Program-made: the position numbers and the translations under genes
Origin: Macrostomum lignano
Lineage: Eukaryota
Assembly: GCA_002269645.1 (NCBI GenBank)
Contig: NIVC01000275.1
Coordinates: 124,001-188,000 of the forward strand
Length of the DNA stretch: 64,000 nucleotides
Direction of reading: 5' to 3'
The notes under the pieces: generated by a model
Databases searched by the model: none
Told to the model about the DNA's origin: nothing
Seen by the model: only the letters and a program-made list of their open reading frames with translations
Part shown: positions 1 through 12,057 of the stretch, piece after piece
Numbering within the stretch: position 1 is the stretch's first letter
How the letters are laid out: each line of letters starts with the position of its first letter

Positions 1-49
1 CAATGATTGTCTTAAAAAGGAATAAAATTTAGGAGTACCCCCTAGTATA

Positions 50-200
50 GGGGCTGTAGCGTAGTGGTTAGAGTGTCGGACTCACGACTTGAAGGTCGAA
101 GGTTTGATTCCCGATCCCACTGGAACAATTTGTATCGTTGAGCAAGACACTTAACTCTGCATTGCTTCAGTTCACCCAGCTGTAAAATGGGTGCGTGTTG
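50..200 (+). mobile_element. tRNA-derived SINE with CORE-like central domain
   Basis: A-box TAGCGTAGTGG (57-67) and B-box GGTTTGATTCC (101-111) in a tRNA-like head. These are followed by AGCAAGACACTTAAC...CAGTTCACCCAGCTGTAAAATGGG (about 141-191), which resembles the CORE domain of MIR-type SINEs. 3' end uncertain. Confidence 0.7.
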
Positions 201-967
201 TGACTCCCCCCATCCACGGACTGAACAGCCTTCAGATGCGCCGCGCAATAGCTGCGGCTGAGCTGTCGGCTGCACACCTGGCTTTATTGGGGCCGGTGTA
301 ATCAATTATAATTATGTTATCATTAAAAAGAAGGTATACAATAGTGAACTCCCAAACGAGTATGAACAGAATAATTCGAAAATTATGAACCTGAACAACA
401 ATTTGGCAGCATATAATCGAACGAAAGAAATTAACTAATGAAAATTTAGCATCATGCGTCATGTGGAGAGGAAATGGGTTATAAAATCGACAAGAAGGAA
501 TAGAACAGCCAATTAGATCTGCTGGGAAGTAAAAATATTGGATACAAAAATAGCCAACAAGCAGTACCTGAAAAAATATTAAGCTTGATGTGACTCCTTC
601 ACTAAAAAGCGCAAGTATAACTTTGACAGACATGAAAAGGAAAAACGGCTCCAAAAATCATGAAAGTACAATATGCACTTACGGGAAGAGAGCCAAGTTA
701 GTGAGGTTAAACAAAAAAACAGGAACACCGCCTTTATACAGACAATGAATTGCATTGCATTTTTATTGGAGATAAAAATTAGATATGCACAGTTAATAAA
801 TTAATTCATTTGCAAAGCATATTACTAGAAAAATATAATGGCAATCTCTGAACAATCAAGTAAAAAACCCATGCCCCTCGATAGATGAAAAATGAAAGTA
901 CACAATAGCACTTTAAATAAAAATAGCACAAAAATGTTTTGACTTAGGAGAGACAAAGGAGATGAGG

Positions 968-3900
968 TCAGGCTTCAGACTCCTCTCTGAGCATGCCCTG
1001 CTCAATTTCGAGCTGCCTGCTGGCGAGTGCGCAGCGCAAGTCGTGAAACTTTTTACGAATATTCCGCTCGTGCTGCTGCTGCTCCAGGCTGAGGATCTGT
1101 AGGAAGTTCAGCAGCTCCGGGACGCTGAACAGATCCCACTGAGGAAATTGGGATGCGATTTGCAAACTTTTGAAATCTGTACTAGAACGGTGGGCTTAAA
1201 AGACTACCAGGGAGATTTTATTTTCTGATTTGCTCCTGATAATTGTTTTCTACCGGGAAGTAACGAAAAGCACGTAATACTCGTATTTAATCAGTGTACC
1301 TTCCATATGTACCTTACCCTCCGCCTACCCTTCCCTCTGTACCCTCCGCCTACCCTCCCCTCTGTACCCTCCGCCTACCCTCCCCTCTGTACCCTCCGCC
1401 TACCCTCCCCTCTGTACCCTCCCCCTACCCTCGCCTCTGTACCCTCCGCCTACCCTCCCCTCTGTACCCTCCGCCTACCCTCCCCTCTGTACCCTCCCCC
1501 TACCCTCGCCTCTGTACCCTCCGCCTACCCTCCCCTCTGTACCCTCCGCCTACCCTCCCCTCTGTACCCTCCCCCTACCCTCGCCTCTGTACCCTCCGCC
1601 TACTCTCTCCTCTGTACCCTCCGCCTACCCTCCCCTCTGTACCCTCCGCCTACCCTCCCCTCTGTACCCTCCGCCTACCCTCCCCTCTGTACCCTCCGCC
1701 TACCCTCCCCTCTGTACCCTCCGCCTACCCTCCCCTCTGTACCCTCCGCCTACCCTCTCCTCTGTACCCTCCGCCTACCCTCCCCTCTGTACCCTCCGCC
1801 TACCCTCCCCTCTGTACCCTCCCCCTACCCTCGCATCTGTACCCTCCGCCTACCCTCCCCTCTGTACCCTCCGCCTACCCTCCCCTCTGTACCCTCCGCC
1901 TACCCTCCCCTCTGTACCCTCCGCCTACCCTCTCCTCTGTACCCTCCGCCTACCCTCCCCTCTGTGACCCTTCGCCTACCCTCCCCTCCCCTCTGTACCC
2001 TCCGCCTACCCTCCCCTCTGTACCCTCCACCCACTCCTCCCCTCTGTACCCTCCACCCACTCCTCCTCCCCTCTGTACCCTCCGCCTACCCTCCCCTCTT
2101 TACCCTCTCTTAGCCCCTCTTTACCCTCTCTTATCCCCTCTTTACCCTCTTTACCCTCTCTTATCCCCTCTTTACCCTCTTATCTTTCCGCTTCTAAACT
2201 ATTCTGAATAGTCACGGGAAGCCACCTTGAGCAACCCTTACTGGGCAGTAGAACAAAGGCGGGGCCGCTGCACTCACATCAATACTAGACGTGTCAGTTT
2301 CCTGCAGGACAAACCTCCGCCTATCGAATGCGGTCCGCATCTCAGCTGGCGGCAGGGTGGTCCAGGACAGCAGAATCTCCAGCGGCTTCTCCTGGGGATG
2401 CAGGCGGCGAACTTCGACTGCCGACAAATTAGGTTCGGGTTCGGGTTCGGGTCAGCAGTCAATTCATGGCAACTTAGCCCCCTCCCCCACGACTCCGAAT
2501 TCCCATCTCGTAAAATCCCTCCTAACGAGGAATTCCTCAGCTCTATAAAATCTTCTCTTAACGCGGATTCCCCTATTTTAAAATTCCTCCAACGCGATTC
2601 ACATCTTAAACCCCCCTACAGCGGAATTCCCAAACTTGAAAATCCCCCAACGTGGAATTCCCATCCCGAAATTCTCCTCCCTTAAAGCGGAATTCCCCAT
2701 CTCTTCCCTTGACGCGGAATTCCCCAGCTCTTCCCTTGACGCGGAATTCCCCATCTCTTCCCTTGACGCGGAATTCCCCAGCTCTTCCCTTGACGCGGAA
2801 TTCCCCAGCTCATCCCTTGACGCGGAATTCCCCATCTCTTCCCTTGACGCGGAATTCCCCAGCTCTTCCCTTGACGCGGAATTCCGAAAGTTTAAAATCC
2901 TCTAAACGCGGGATTTCCCAGCTATAAAATCCCCCCTCCAGTACGGAATTCCCAAGAGAAACTATTCAACGAGGAATTCCCTAAGAGAAAATTTTCCCAA
3001 CAGGGAATTACCAAACTCGAAACCACCCCCAAAAATGCGGAATTCCCCCAGTGAAAAATACGAGCTGCTCGGAATAAAATCAAATACACAAAAAATTAAA
3101 TGCTTATATCTAGGTATGTGATGTAAAAGATTTAAAAATATATATACTAATATTAAAAGCTCTTTCCACATCTTTCACTGAGCCACAAGATCCGCAGGCT
3201 GTCACTAAAAGGCAACTAATTTCACCATGTGAAAGCTTGCGTACACAATCACAAGATTAAATTAAAAGTGAGAGCTATAAAATGCGTGGACTAATTAAAA
3301 TATTCAACAACTTAGCCGATACCCCACAAGCCATCTAATTAGTTAATAAAACTATAAAGGTAATCGGCGGGAGCAACTATGACCGCTTAAAAGCATAATG
3401 AATGCCTCGTCATTTAATTAGTTTTTACTTCAAGTTAAGGTAAACGGCTGGAGCAAATATACCAGTTTTAAGCAATATAACCCCTCGCCATCTAACAAGT
3501 CGCCAATGCTCACCGGTGCAGTCGCCTCGCACAGTGTGCAAATAGAGGCCAAACTTATGCGCCGGATCCTTGATGCGCAGCTTGGCCAGCAACTGCCAGA
3601 CGACTTCGTCGGCGCCGAGGTCGCTAGACAGGCCGTGCAGCAGGCAGGCGTGGCCCCTCGGTAGGAAAAACGTGGCCGCCGGCTTGTCGGAGTGCACGGG
3701 TCGCATCAGGTTGACGTGGACTCGAAGGGAGCCGCGAAACCTCAACTGCTGCTGCTGCTGTTGCTGGGACAGGTGGTGCAGGTGGTGCTGGCTGTGCGGA
3801 TGCGACGAGGACGCAGCGGACTGGACGCGAAACTCCTGGCCAGGCAGGCGCTCGGACAGCAGAAACAGGTGCGCGCCCAGCTTCTCCGGGGTCCAAGCGG

Positions 3901-4353
3901 CGAAGAAGCTTCGAACTTTGCTGCCGCCGCCGCCGCCACCGGATTCCATCGACGGCCTCGTCGGTGTCACCAGGCGGATGCCGGTGCGATCGATGAGCCG
4001 CGAGTCCAGGCTGCTCAGCGTGTAGGACCGGTCGGCGAGGGAGCCGGCTGTCAGCAGCAGCTCCTTGGCGGTGACGAATGCCGAGTCGTCGTCAGGGTTG
4101 AAGTCAGCGGAGAGGTCGTCGTCGGTGGCGGCGGTCGTGTTCTCGTCAGTTACAACACCGGGCGAGCTGTCGGCCTCGTGGCAGGCGACGCCGATGCCTG
4201 CGGCAGCGCAGTCGGCGTGGCAGGTGGCGCTGCAGCGTCGGCAGCTGACCAGCGAGTCGCCGAGGGCCGCCCGGCCGCAGGCGTCGCAGGCGGTCGGTTT
4301 GTCCAGGCTGCGAGGCTCGAACTTGTGACCGCCTTGAGTGTCGCGACCGGAGC
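968..4353 (-). CDS. RASSF1/RASSF5: Ras-association domain family protein (C1 + RA + SARAH), RASSF1A/RASSF5-like. Exons 4353-3514, 2417-2278, 1138-968; 5' exon(s) not found
   Basis: C1 motif HKF...CDAC...CRRC...CHADC...C; RA domain (FRGSLRVHVNLMRPV...FFLP...KFGLY); linker EVRRLHPQEKPL...FVLQE; SARAH WDLFSVPELLNFLQIL. All splice sites are GT-AG and phases join (G|TC phase 1, GAT|TGG phase 0). Stop TGA at 970-968. Confidence 0.92.
1295..2190. repeat. 25-bp minisatellite TGTACCCTCCGCCTACCCTCCCCTC in the last RASSF intron
   Basis: About 30 near-identical tandem units, degenerating into a CT-rich tail. Confidence 0.95.
2690..2886. repeat. 27-bp minisatellite CTCTTCCCTTGACGCGGAATTCCCCA(G/T) in a RASSF intron
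   Basis: About 7 tandem units, with degenerate GAATTCCC-containing copies in the flanks. Confidence 0.9.
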
Positions 4354-4384
4354 CTGATGGATCGAATGGGGGATTCGTCTGGAT

Positions 4385-4650
4385 CTTGGAGGGTAGCATG
4401 GGATTTGGGAGGGTAGCATGGGATCTGGAAGGGTAGCAAGGGACCTGGGAGGGTAGCATGGGATCTGGGAGGGTAGCATGAGATCTGGTAGGGTAGCAGA
4501 GAATATGGGAGGGTAGCATGAGATCTGGTAGGGTAGCAGAGAATATGGGAGGGTAGCATGGGATCTGGGAGGGTAGCATGAGATCTGGTAGGGTAGCAGA
4601 GAATATGGGAGGGTAGCATGGGATCTGGGAGGGTAGCATGGGATCTGGGA
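4385..4650. repeat. 20-bp minisatellite GGGAGGGTAGCATG(G/A)GATCT; short outlier copy at about 5020-5085
   Basis: Tandem units visible immediately upstream of the RASSF acceptor at 4354-4355. Confidence 0.9.
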
Positions 4651-5879
4651 AAGGGGCGCCGTAGCCCAGCGGTAGCGCAGCTGCTCTGGTGTGCCAGCGA
4701 CCCAGACTCGATTCCAAGTGCAGTCACATTAATTTGGGGCTGAATTGGAATCCCAGCTTGGCTCTGCTTGTGTAATTAATGGCCATGAGAGCCAACCCCC
4801 CAAGGCGCAGTGAAGTGTACATGCCTAACGATAATATAAAGTTAGGGCCGCTGTACACTCCTGTGTGAGTGTGTGCCTGCGTACGTATCCGCGCGCTTGT
4901 ATGCCTGCTCAGGGGAGTCGGCGGAATGGGCAGTAATGCCTCTCGCCGGTTGTGTGCCCATGTCGCCTAAAGTGTGCCAGGGTGCACACAACCCCCCTGC
5001 CTCTAATAAAAAAGGAATCTGGGAGGGTAGCATGGGATCTGGGAGGGTATCATGGGAACTGGGAGGGTATCATGGGAACTGGGAATGTACTATATACTGT
5101 TCCATAAAAAAGACCACAGAAAGATCTGAGTATTATAGAATTTGTACAAACTAAGTCAACTTATTTAAAATGAAAGTTCTACCTGGCTGACTTGTATTGG
5201 CCTGGTTGGCCTTGCCATGGTCAGTAGCTGTGGAGTGAAAATAGCTCTCAATATTGCCAAGAATGCGCCTTACAATCATAGACATGCCTAACTCTTCTAG
5301 AGTTGCACTGGTAGCCAGGCTGATAAGATTTTATATTCTTGTATACTAAGCACAATTATTATCTGAAAGAAAGAGAAAAATAATTGCAGTATAAAATTCT
5401 TATCATTAATAGGATAGTAAACTATAATAATGAGTTATTTCAGGTGTAAAAAATTACAAATAAAGCCAGAGTCAAAGTGGTATAGTGTGCTAGAATACAT
5501 ACATTAAAAAGTTTTTATATCATTTATAATTTATTCAACATTTTAGGAAATAATTTTATCAAAGATAAGACTATACATGGATAACTGGTGTTTTTTTTAC
5601 TTTTTTACTTTTTTTAAGCTAAAAGAAATTTATTTTATAGCTTCATTGCTTTTAAATTGCCAAAAAATTTTTTCAAAAAACTTACCCTTTTTTTAGATTT
5701 TACCATTAAATATTCATAGGCCTTAGCCCTTTGCCAAAAGTCAAGACTAGCTTCTCTATTTTTTATTTATTAATATTAGTATACGAGCTGCCTCAATCTC
5801 AGCCTCAGCTCCAAGGTGAAGTGGTTCAGCCCTAGCCTCAGTGCCAAGTTGAAGAGTGGCCTTAGTCTCAACCATATAT

Positions 5880-6035
5880 GCGCAACCTTGGGATTCACCC
5901 AGCCATTTCTATTGGCAACATACACATGTTAGTCGCTATTGGCTGAGAGCAGTCACGTGACTACTATTCCATCCAATAGCGACTTACATGTGTGTGTTGC
6001 CAATAGAAATGGCTGGGTGAATCCCTAGGTTGCGC
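5880..6035. mobile_element. Palindromic MITE-like / foldback element
   Basis: 63-bp inverted arms 5880-5942 and 5973-6035 with 3 mismatches; the spacer contains AGTCACGTGACT. A 9-bp direct repeat GTCTCAACC lies nearby at 5865-5873 and 6045-6053. Confidence 0.75.
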
Positions 6036-6699
6036 CGAAGCATGGTCTCAACCTCAGCTCCAAAGTAAAATGGTACAGTCCCAGCCTTAGCTTCTCCTAT
6101 GTGAACTGCTCCTGTCTCAGCCTCAGCTCCTAAACAAATTACATTTTGTAGAGCTTCAGGCTTAGCCTGATCAGCAGTTTATAGCTAATGCTGTTAGCTA
6201 TAACTGTTGCTGTTAGCTATGGAGTTTTATGCTGTTTGCCCCTTTGAAGTTCTATCACAATTGCAAAAGAGTCACCTTTGGAACCACCAGTGCAGCCTCC
6301 AGTTTAATAGCAACATGAAGATAGCTTTTATTTAGATATTACAATGAGCAAGCTAAAAAGGCAAGGACATTCTACTTCAGGTTATTGAAGGATCCAAATA
6401 CTGCCTTGGTCACAATTATACTCGAGCTGGAATAACCTATTGGAGATGTGTAAAATGCACTGTTGGATAAAAATGTACTTGTTTGAGAATGGCAACACAC
6501 AAATGATGGTTTCTGGAGTGGAACGCCACATGACTGCAACCCTGGTATTGAAATTCCTACCAAACATAAGTTGCAACAAGCCACCACAATAGAAGCATTA
6601 AGCAAAAAGAAACTGCTTTTGACCTATCATGGCAATTGATAAAGAGGTATATTTGTAATATAATGGGGGCCTAGAGGGTGTCCCTACAAGCCATCACTC

Positions 6700-7700
6700 A
6701 AACAGCTTACCAAGAATGCAAACTATGGTTGTGCCAAAGAGCAGCCTTGTGATCCAGTGAACTTGCATTTTGAACTGGACTGTAGACACATTCCTTCAGA
6801 TTTTATTGTTGAAGACATTCACCTAGAACAGGCTAGTAGATATGTTTATAATGAGTGATCAACTGACTCTGCTAAAGCAATGTACCCAATGGTTCATGGA
6901 CAATACTTTTCATGTAGTCAAAGAGCATTTTACACAACTCTACTCAATTCATTGCTACATGTGCAAAGAGAACAGCATCAAGTAGGTGCCTCTAGTGTTT
7001 GCTTTAATGTCCAATAAGTGACTAATGTGTATAATTCTACAATAACTTCTTTTGTATATATACAAGATTTGCACACTATATTATGTAGTATATACTATAT
7101 ATAATTTTAATTGCAAATTTTGATTGCTATAGGAAAGTCTTAGCATGATTATATTGCCATCCTAAGATGTCTTTGTCAACATCTAAGTGCAACTGCATCT
7201 ATAGTATCCTTCCTTGACTTTGAGTGCTTTATGTGGCAAGCAATGTGTTAAGTTTTTCCTATGGCACAGTGAAAGGGATACCTTTTTCACTATAACCAAG
7301 CCATCTAGTGCTAAATTCAATTAGAAGGTCTTATTGAAGCTTATAGATATTATAAGCAAACAACAGAATAGATTTCTATTAACAATTGATGGCATTAGGC
7401 CCTTTCTTGCCTGCAGAGCACATGGAAGTTGGATTCAGAGAAACAATAAAAATGATCTCTAATGTAAGGCTACCTAGGCTTGGCTAGTATGTTAAAGCAA
7501 TATGGTTGTCAAATCTTATGTGGAGCACAGCTTAATGTTAGTATTATTTGGCAGGAAGTTTGAACTAATGATGAAGTGGAAAGATGGCACAGAAGGCTAA
7601 AGAGCAAAGCTGGACATGGGTAGCTTCCTCTCTATATGCTGCTTTGACTGCTGAATAAAGAAGCACAAGTGGCCATATACAAATTGTTGGAAATATAAAG
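6700..7700 (+). pseudogene. Decayed Mutator/MULE-type DDE transposase remnant
   Basis: Manual translation gives PCDPVNLHFELDCRHIPSDF, WFMDNTFHVVKEHFTQLYSIH (6890 onward), K*VPLVFALMS, DYIAILR, DFECFMWQAM, KGYLFHYNQAI**-like GCxFHxxQA motif, and *TNDEVERWHRRL (RTNNxxEGWH motif). Many stops and indels; possible intron-like gap at about 7018-7132. Confidence 0.85.
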
Positions 7701-8379
7701 AATCATTGTAAAAATATATATTTTAAATTTTTTTTCAACCTAAATGAATACTAAAGTGTATAAATTTATTGTAATGGAAAACACCTTTAATGAGACAAAA
7801 CTATTCAAAAATAAAACTGTAAAATCTATATTATAGAGCTCCTGGGCCTGACCCTGATGTAACTACCCTAGGAACACGATGAAGGTTGGCAGAAGTAGAC
7901 ATCCAGTCATCTAGTCATTGCTTGCAAGTGATAATCAAGGATAATAAATTAAAACTTATTAAGATAAAGGTTTATAACAACTAATTATAATTTAAAAATC
8001 AGTCAAACTAATAAATATAACACTAAATTGAATGGTTTTGTATCATTAAATGTTTCTTATCACAATAAATATATCATTTAATATGATTTGGACATGGTAT
8101 TCCTTTAAGCTAAAAAAAACATGTGCTATTTTAAAATTGTCAAATTGTCAAATTAGGCCTATTTTATTGGTTCATGACTTTGAGTTTCATTTTCAAAATA
8201 CCAAACTTTTACAACAATATAACAATAAATTTATTTGAACTGCAAATATAGTTGCTAATTTGGGCCTAATTCAAATATAACTTTGCCTAAATCAATATAG
8301 TTTTTACTTTTTTCAATTTTTAAAATTGTCATTACCATATGATGATTTAGAATATTACCAATTAATTTTAGGCTATAGC

Positions 8380-8566
8380 CAGGGGCAGCGGAGCCTAATA
8401 TTTTAGGGGAGGCACTGGGCATAAGGCAAGGGGGCACAGCCGTACAGGTACCTTTATAAGCTGTTAATTAGGGCCTAAAATCAGAAAAGGCACTAACATT
8501 ACCATGTGGACTCATTTTCTGGGGGGGGGCACATGCCCCCAGTGCCACAAGCTCCTGCCACCCATG
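8380..8566. mobile_element. hAT-like non-autonomous element (MITE)
   Basis: Imperfect TIRs (CAGGGGCAGCGGAGC ... GCTCCTGCCACCCATG); exact 8-bp direct repeat GCTATAGC at 8372-8379 and 8567-8574; internal GGGGGCACATGCCCCC near-palindrome. Confidence 0.65.
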
Positions 8567-11077
8567 GCTATAGCCATTTATATGGCATACATATATTGGC
8601 ATAGACAAAAAATGTAACTCGTAAGTCATTTAACATTAAACAGGAAAAAAATTATGGACTAAATGGCAAAATACTAATTCATTAGAATCTCTAGGGGCCT
8701 AACTCTAGGCCTTTTCATATTGCTTGTTCTGGTTCCAGGACCAGAACCAATTTTTGAAGTATAACTTTTTGTCTCCATAACTAGAGGGAGATATGTGCTA
8801 TAAAGTTTTTATTATTGAATGACAATCGCCAAGAAGAAAGTGAAAAAATTGTGCTAAGTGAGGTTGTTAAGGCAGTCAAACATTCAACAGAATTAAATAG
8901 TTATACTGCTGTTTTTCTTGGAAGATCCGAACCGATTCTGATTCTGGAATTGGTAATATGAAAAGCCTCTCTAAGTCTAATAAAGTTCAATGGCCACTAA
9001 TTTAAATTTCTCGGCTACTAAGACACATTCAATGAGTAACAAACCAACAGAGACAAAAGGCACAGATTAAATGACCGAGCATCACAGAGAGTTGTGTTGT
9101 GTATTGTGTAACAATGTTTAGGCCCTGCTGCCACCCCCCTTATATATCTGACCTGATAACTCTCGAGAAGTAAAAAAAATTAAGGTTTCTTTGAATTTCT
9201 ATGAACCTTATAAATTAGATTTTTATGTTGTAGGCCTAAGCTTAAACTTTTGGAACCCACATTGAAACCCCTATACTGAATGCTCTAATAGCTGACACGG
9301 ACAGTTTTACTGACACAATAATAGCAAAGGCATTTGTTTTAAACGTTGTGTCTCATTACATCGCAAGTTTTAATTTGCAACAAAGAAGAAATTATTGCCG
9401 AAAAAAAGTATGTTCACTATGAAAATTACGGACATTTTTTTATTTTTAATTTAGTTCATTTACTTAGCTTTCACCACATTCACCTCATTGGTCTCTTGTA
9501 TGTCTACCTACTTCTACTTATACTTATAGACTAGGCAGATTATATTGTCGGCTAGGGGCAGGCAGGCGGCAGCCTCGGCAGCTGCAGCCGGCAGGCACAG
9601 GCAGGGCCTAGACTATATTTGCCTGTTTGCATTGTACATAAGTAACATAAGATATTTTCAGAACTAATTGTAGTCTAACTTTTAATTCTAGTAAATATTT
9701 ATTGTCTGAACTCCCTGTACAGTTCAAAACATCCATGACCATGCTTCAATCTATTTCTGTATCTGACTATATTCTGAATCTTTGATTTGAGATTAGTAAA
9801 CTAGTCAAGTCTAAGTAGGCGTAAATTTTATGTCTATAATACTATATTTAAGGGAACCAATCAGTTTGGTGATATGAGCTATGAGGGGGCAGTTAAAACA
9901 AGGTGGTAATTTCAAATTTGTCATGGTATCCATTGAGTTTGCATGTTTACTTGAAATCTTGGATTTCAAAATAAGCCAAAAGTGGTAGCCCCACTATTAT
10001 ACATACATATATGCTTTTTCTAGTGTTTTAACTCTACCGTCCTAGTTATAACTTGTTAACTTGTTAAATTTTAACTAACTTTTATATTTGCATAGGCCTA
10101 GGCCCTAGTCTATTAATTGTTTGATTGTTGACTAAAGTAAATTGTAAATGCAATAAAAAATAATTGTAAATTAAATATACATGTATACCTCTAATAATGC
10201 GGCACACAAACTATGTCAACTTATGGTTGATTGCCTTTGACACAGTTGTCCCTATACTATCTGGACTAAAAATGTATTTACCCTAATCTAAGACTCCAAG
10301 GGGTTAAAATGCACCTTTTTGAAAATGTGTTATTGGTATAATTAAAACAAAATTACCTTTATTTGAATGGCAGGGACTAATGCCAATATGTTAAATTTCA
10401 AGGAATGTCCTTTAATCTTTAGCAATCACCAAATCAGTTGTTGCCAAACTGACTTGTTGCTAAATTGGTTGTTGCCAAATCAACTGGAAGTCTGGAAGCT
10501 ATATTTAAACTACTAAAGTAGGGCCTATTATTAGCTAGATGCTAGCAGCCTATAGCACTAGGCCTAGGCCTACTCAAATTTTTAAGATGTTAAGTTAATC
10601 TTAATATACTAAATCTCTAAGGTTTGTATGCTTGATTGCTTGTCCATAATGCTCTATACTAGAGATTGCAATTTTTGACCATTATTATACTAAATTCCAA
10701 TTTTTGGGACATACTAAGTGAGTATGTGAACATTTTTTCAAATTGCCTTGATAGCATCATGGCATGGCATTATGGCAATTATGCAATTCAATTTTCAAAA
10801 AGTTTTAAGTCAAAGAGTTTTTTAAACTATATTATAGATTCATAGAACTTCTTTATTTTATAACTTTAGAATTAAAAATTAGGGGCCTACTAGTATCCAA
10901 TGTTGCAAATGTTTTTGGTGCTTGTATCAAATGTTAACAGTATCAAATGTTTTTGGTGCTTGTAAAGTTAAGCAATTTCAGCTTATAGAACTAATAGAAG
11001 CTTTGTCATATAACCTTTTTCAATCGTTTCAATCAGTATGTGTAAAATAAAATCATATTAGTAAACTTGCTTGTTTC

Positions 11078-11806
11078 ATGTCGCTAGCCAGTGTTTTCAA
11101 TCTGCTGCCTGCATTTCGCGTGAAAGCAGCAAATATCAGCATTTTACACGAGCCTTCGCAGTTCTACAATGCTTTGATTGTAAGTTTTGCTTGATTTTTT
11201 TACTACCAGGAATGCTTTGGAGTCACACCAAGCCTCTCCATTCCCCTCGTCACTCAGTGCGGCATCGCTGGCGCCAGGCGCCGAATCGTCTTGGCGTCCC
11301 TCTACCTCGGCTGCGGCGCTCACGAGCGTCGCCTCGTCCAGTCGATGGTGTCGGCGCTGGACGCCGCTGGGTCACCGACCCGTCAGCGGCCACTTCGCGT
11401 CCGAGTTCTGCTGGACGCGGCGCGCGGCACCCGCGGCAGCCCGTTGAACAGCTCCACGGCGATGCTCCGTCCGCTGTGCGCTGCGGCTGAGCGTCGTTGC
11501 CATGGTAACGTCTGGAGCAACCGCGCAGATGTTCGCGTCAGCTTCTACCGCTGCCCCAGTCTGCTGGCCGCACTGCTGCCGGAGCGAATCAATGAAGTTG
11601 TGGGCCTGCAGCACATGAAGATCTACTTGTTTGATGACTCGGTGATTCTGTCTGGGTCAGTTTGCTAATTAGTTGGCTTTTTTGGTTGGTTAACTATTGG
11701 TTAGTTAGTCAGTTAGTTAGTTAGTTAGTTGTTCAGTTAGTTTTTCAGTTAGTTAGTTAGTAAGTTTTTCAGTTAGTTAGTTAGTTAGTTAGTCAGTTAG
11801 TTAGTC

Positions 11807-11854
<48 letters not shown>

Positions 11855-11910
11855 GTTCAGTTAGTTAGTCAGTTAGTTAGTTAGTCAGTTAGTTAGTTAG
11901 TTAGTTAGTC

Positions 11911-11941
<31 letters not shown>

Positions 11942-12014
11942 CAGTTAGTTAGTTAGTTAGTTGTTCAGTTAGTTAGTTAGTTAGTTAATTAGTAAGTTAG
12001 TTAGTTAGTTAGTC

Positions 12015-12057
<43 letters not shown>

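Noticed and set aside
50-122. Functional tRNA gene
   Set aside because: B-box and acceptor stem are degenerate, and the sequence continues into a CORE-like SINE body.
2430-2452. Telomere-like (TTCGGG)n
   Set aside because: Only about 3 units, lying next to a branch point/acceptor of RASSF; not a telomeric array.
4354-4717. N-terminal extension of the 430-aa ORF as the RASSF start
   Set aside because: It runs through the 20-bp minisatellite and begins at TTG; a good acceptor at 4355-4354 marks the real exon edge.
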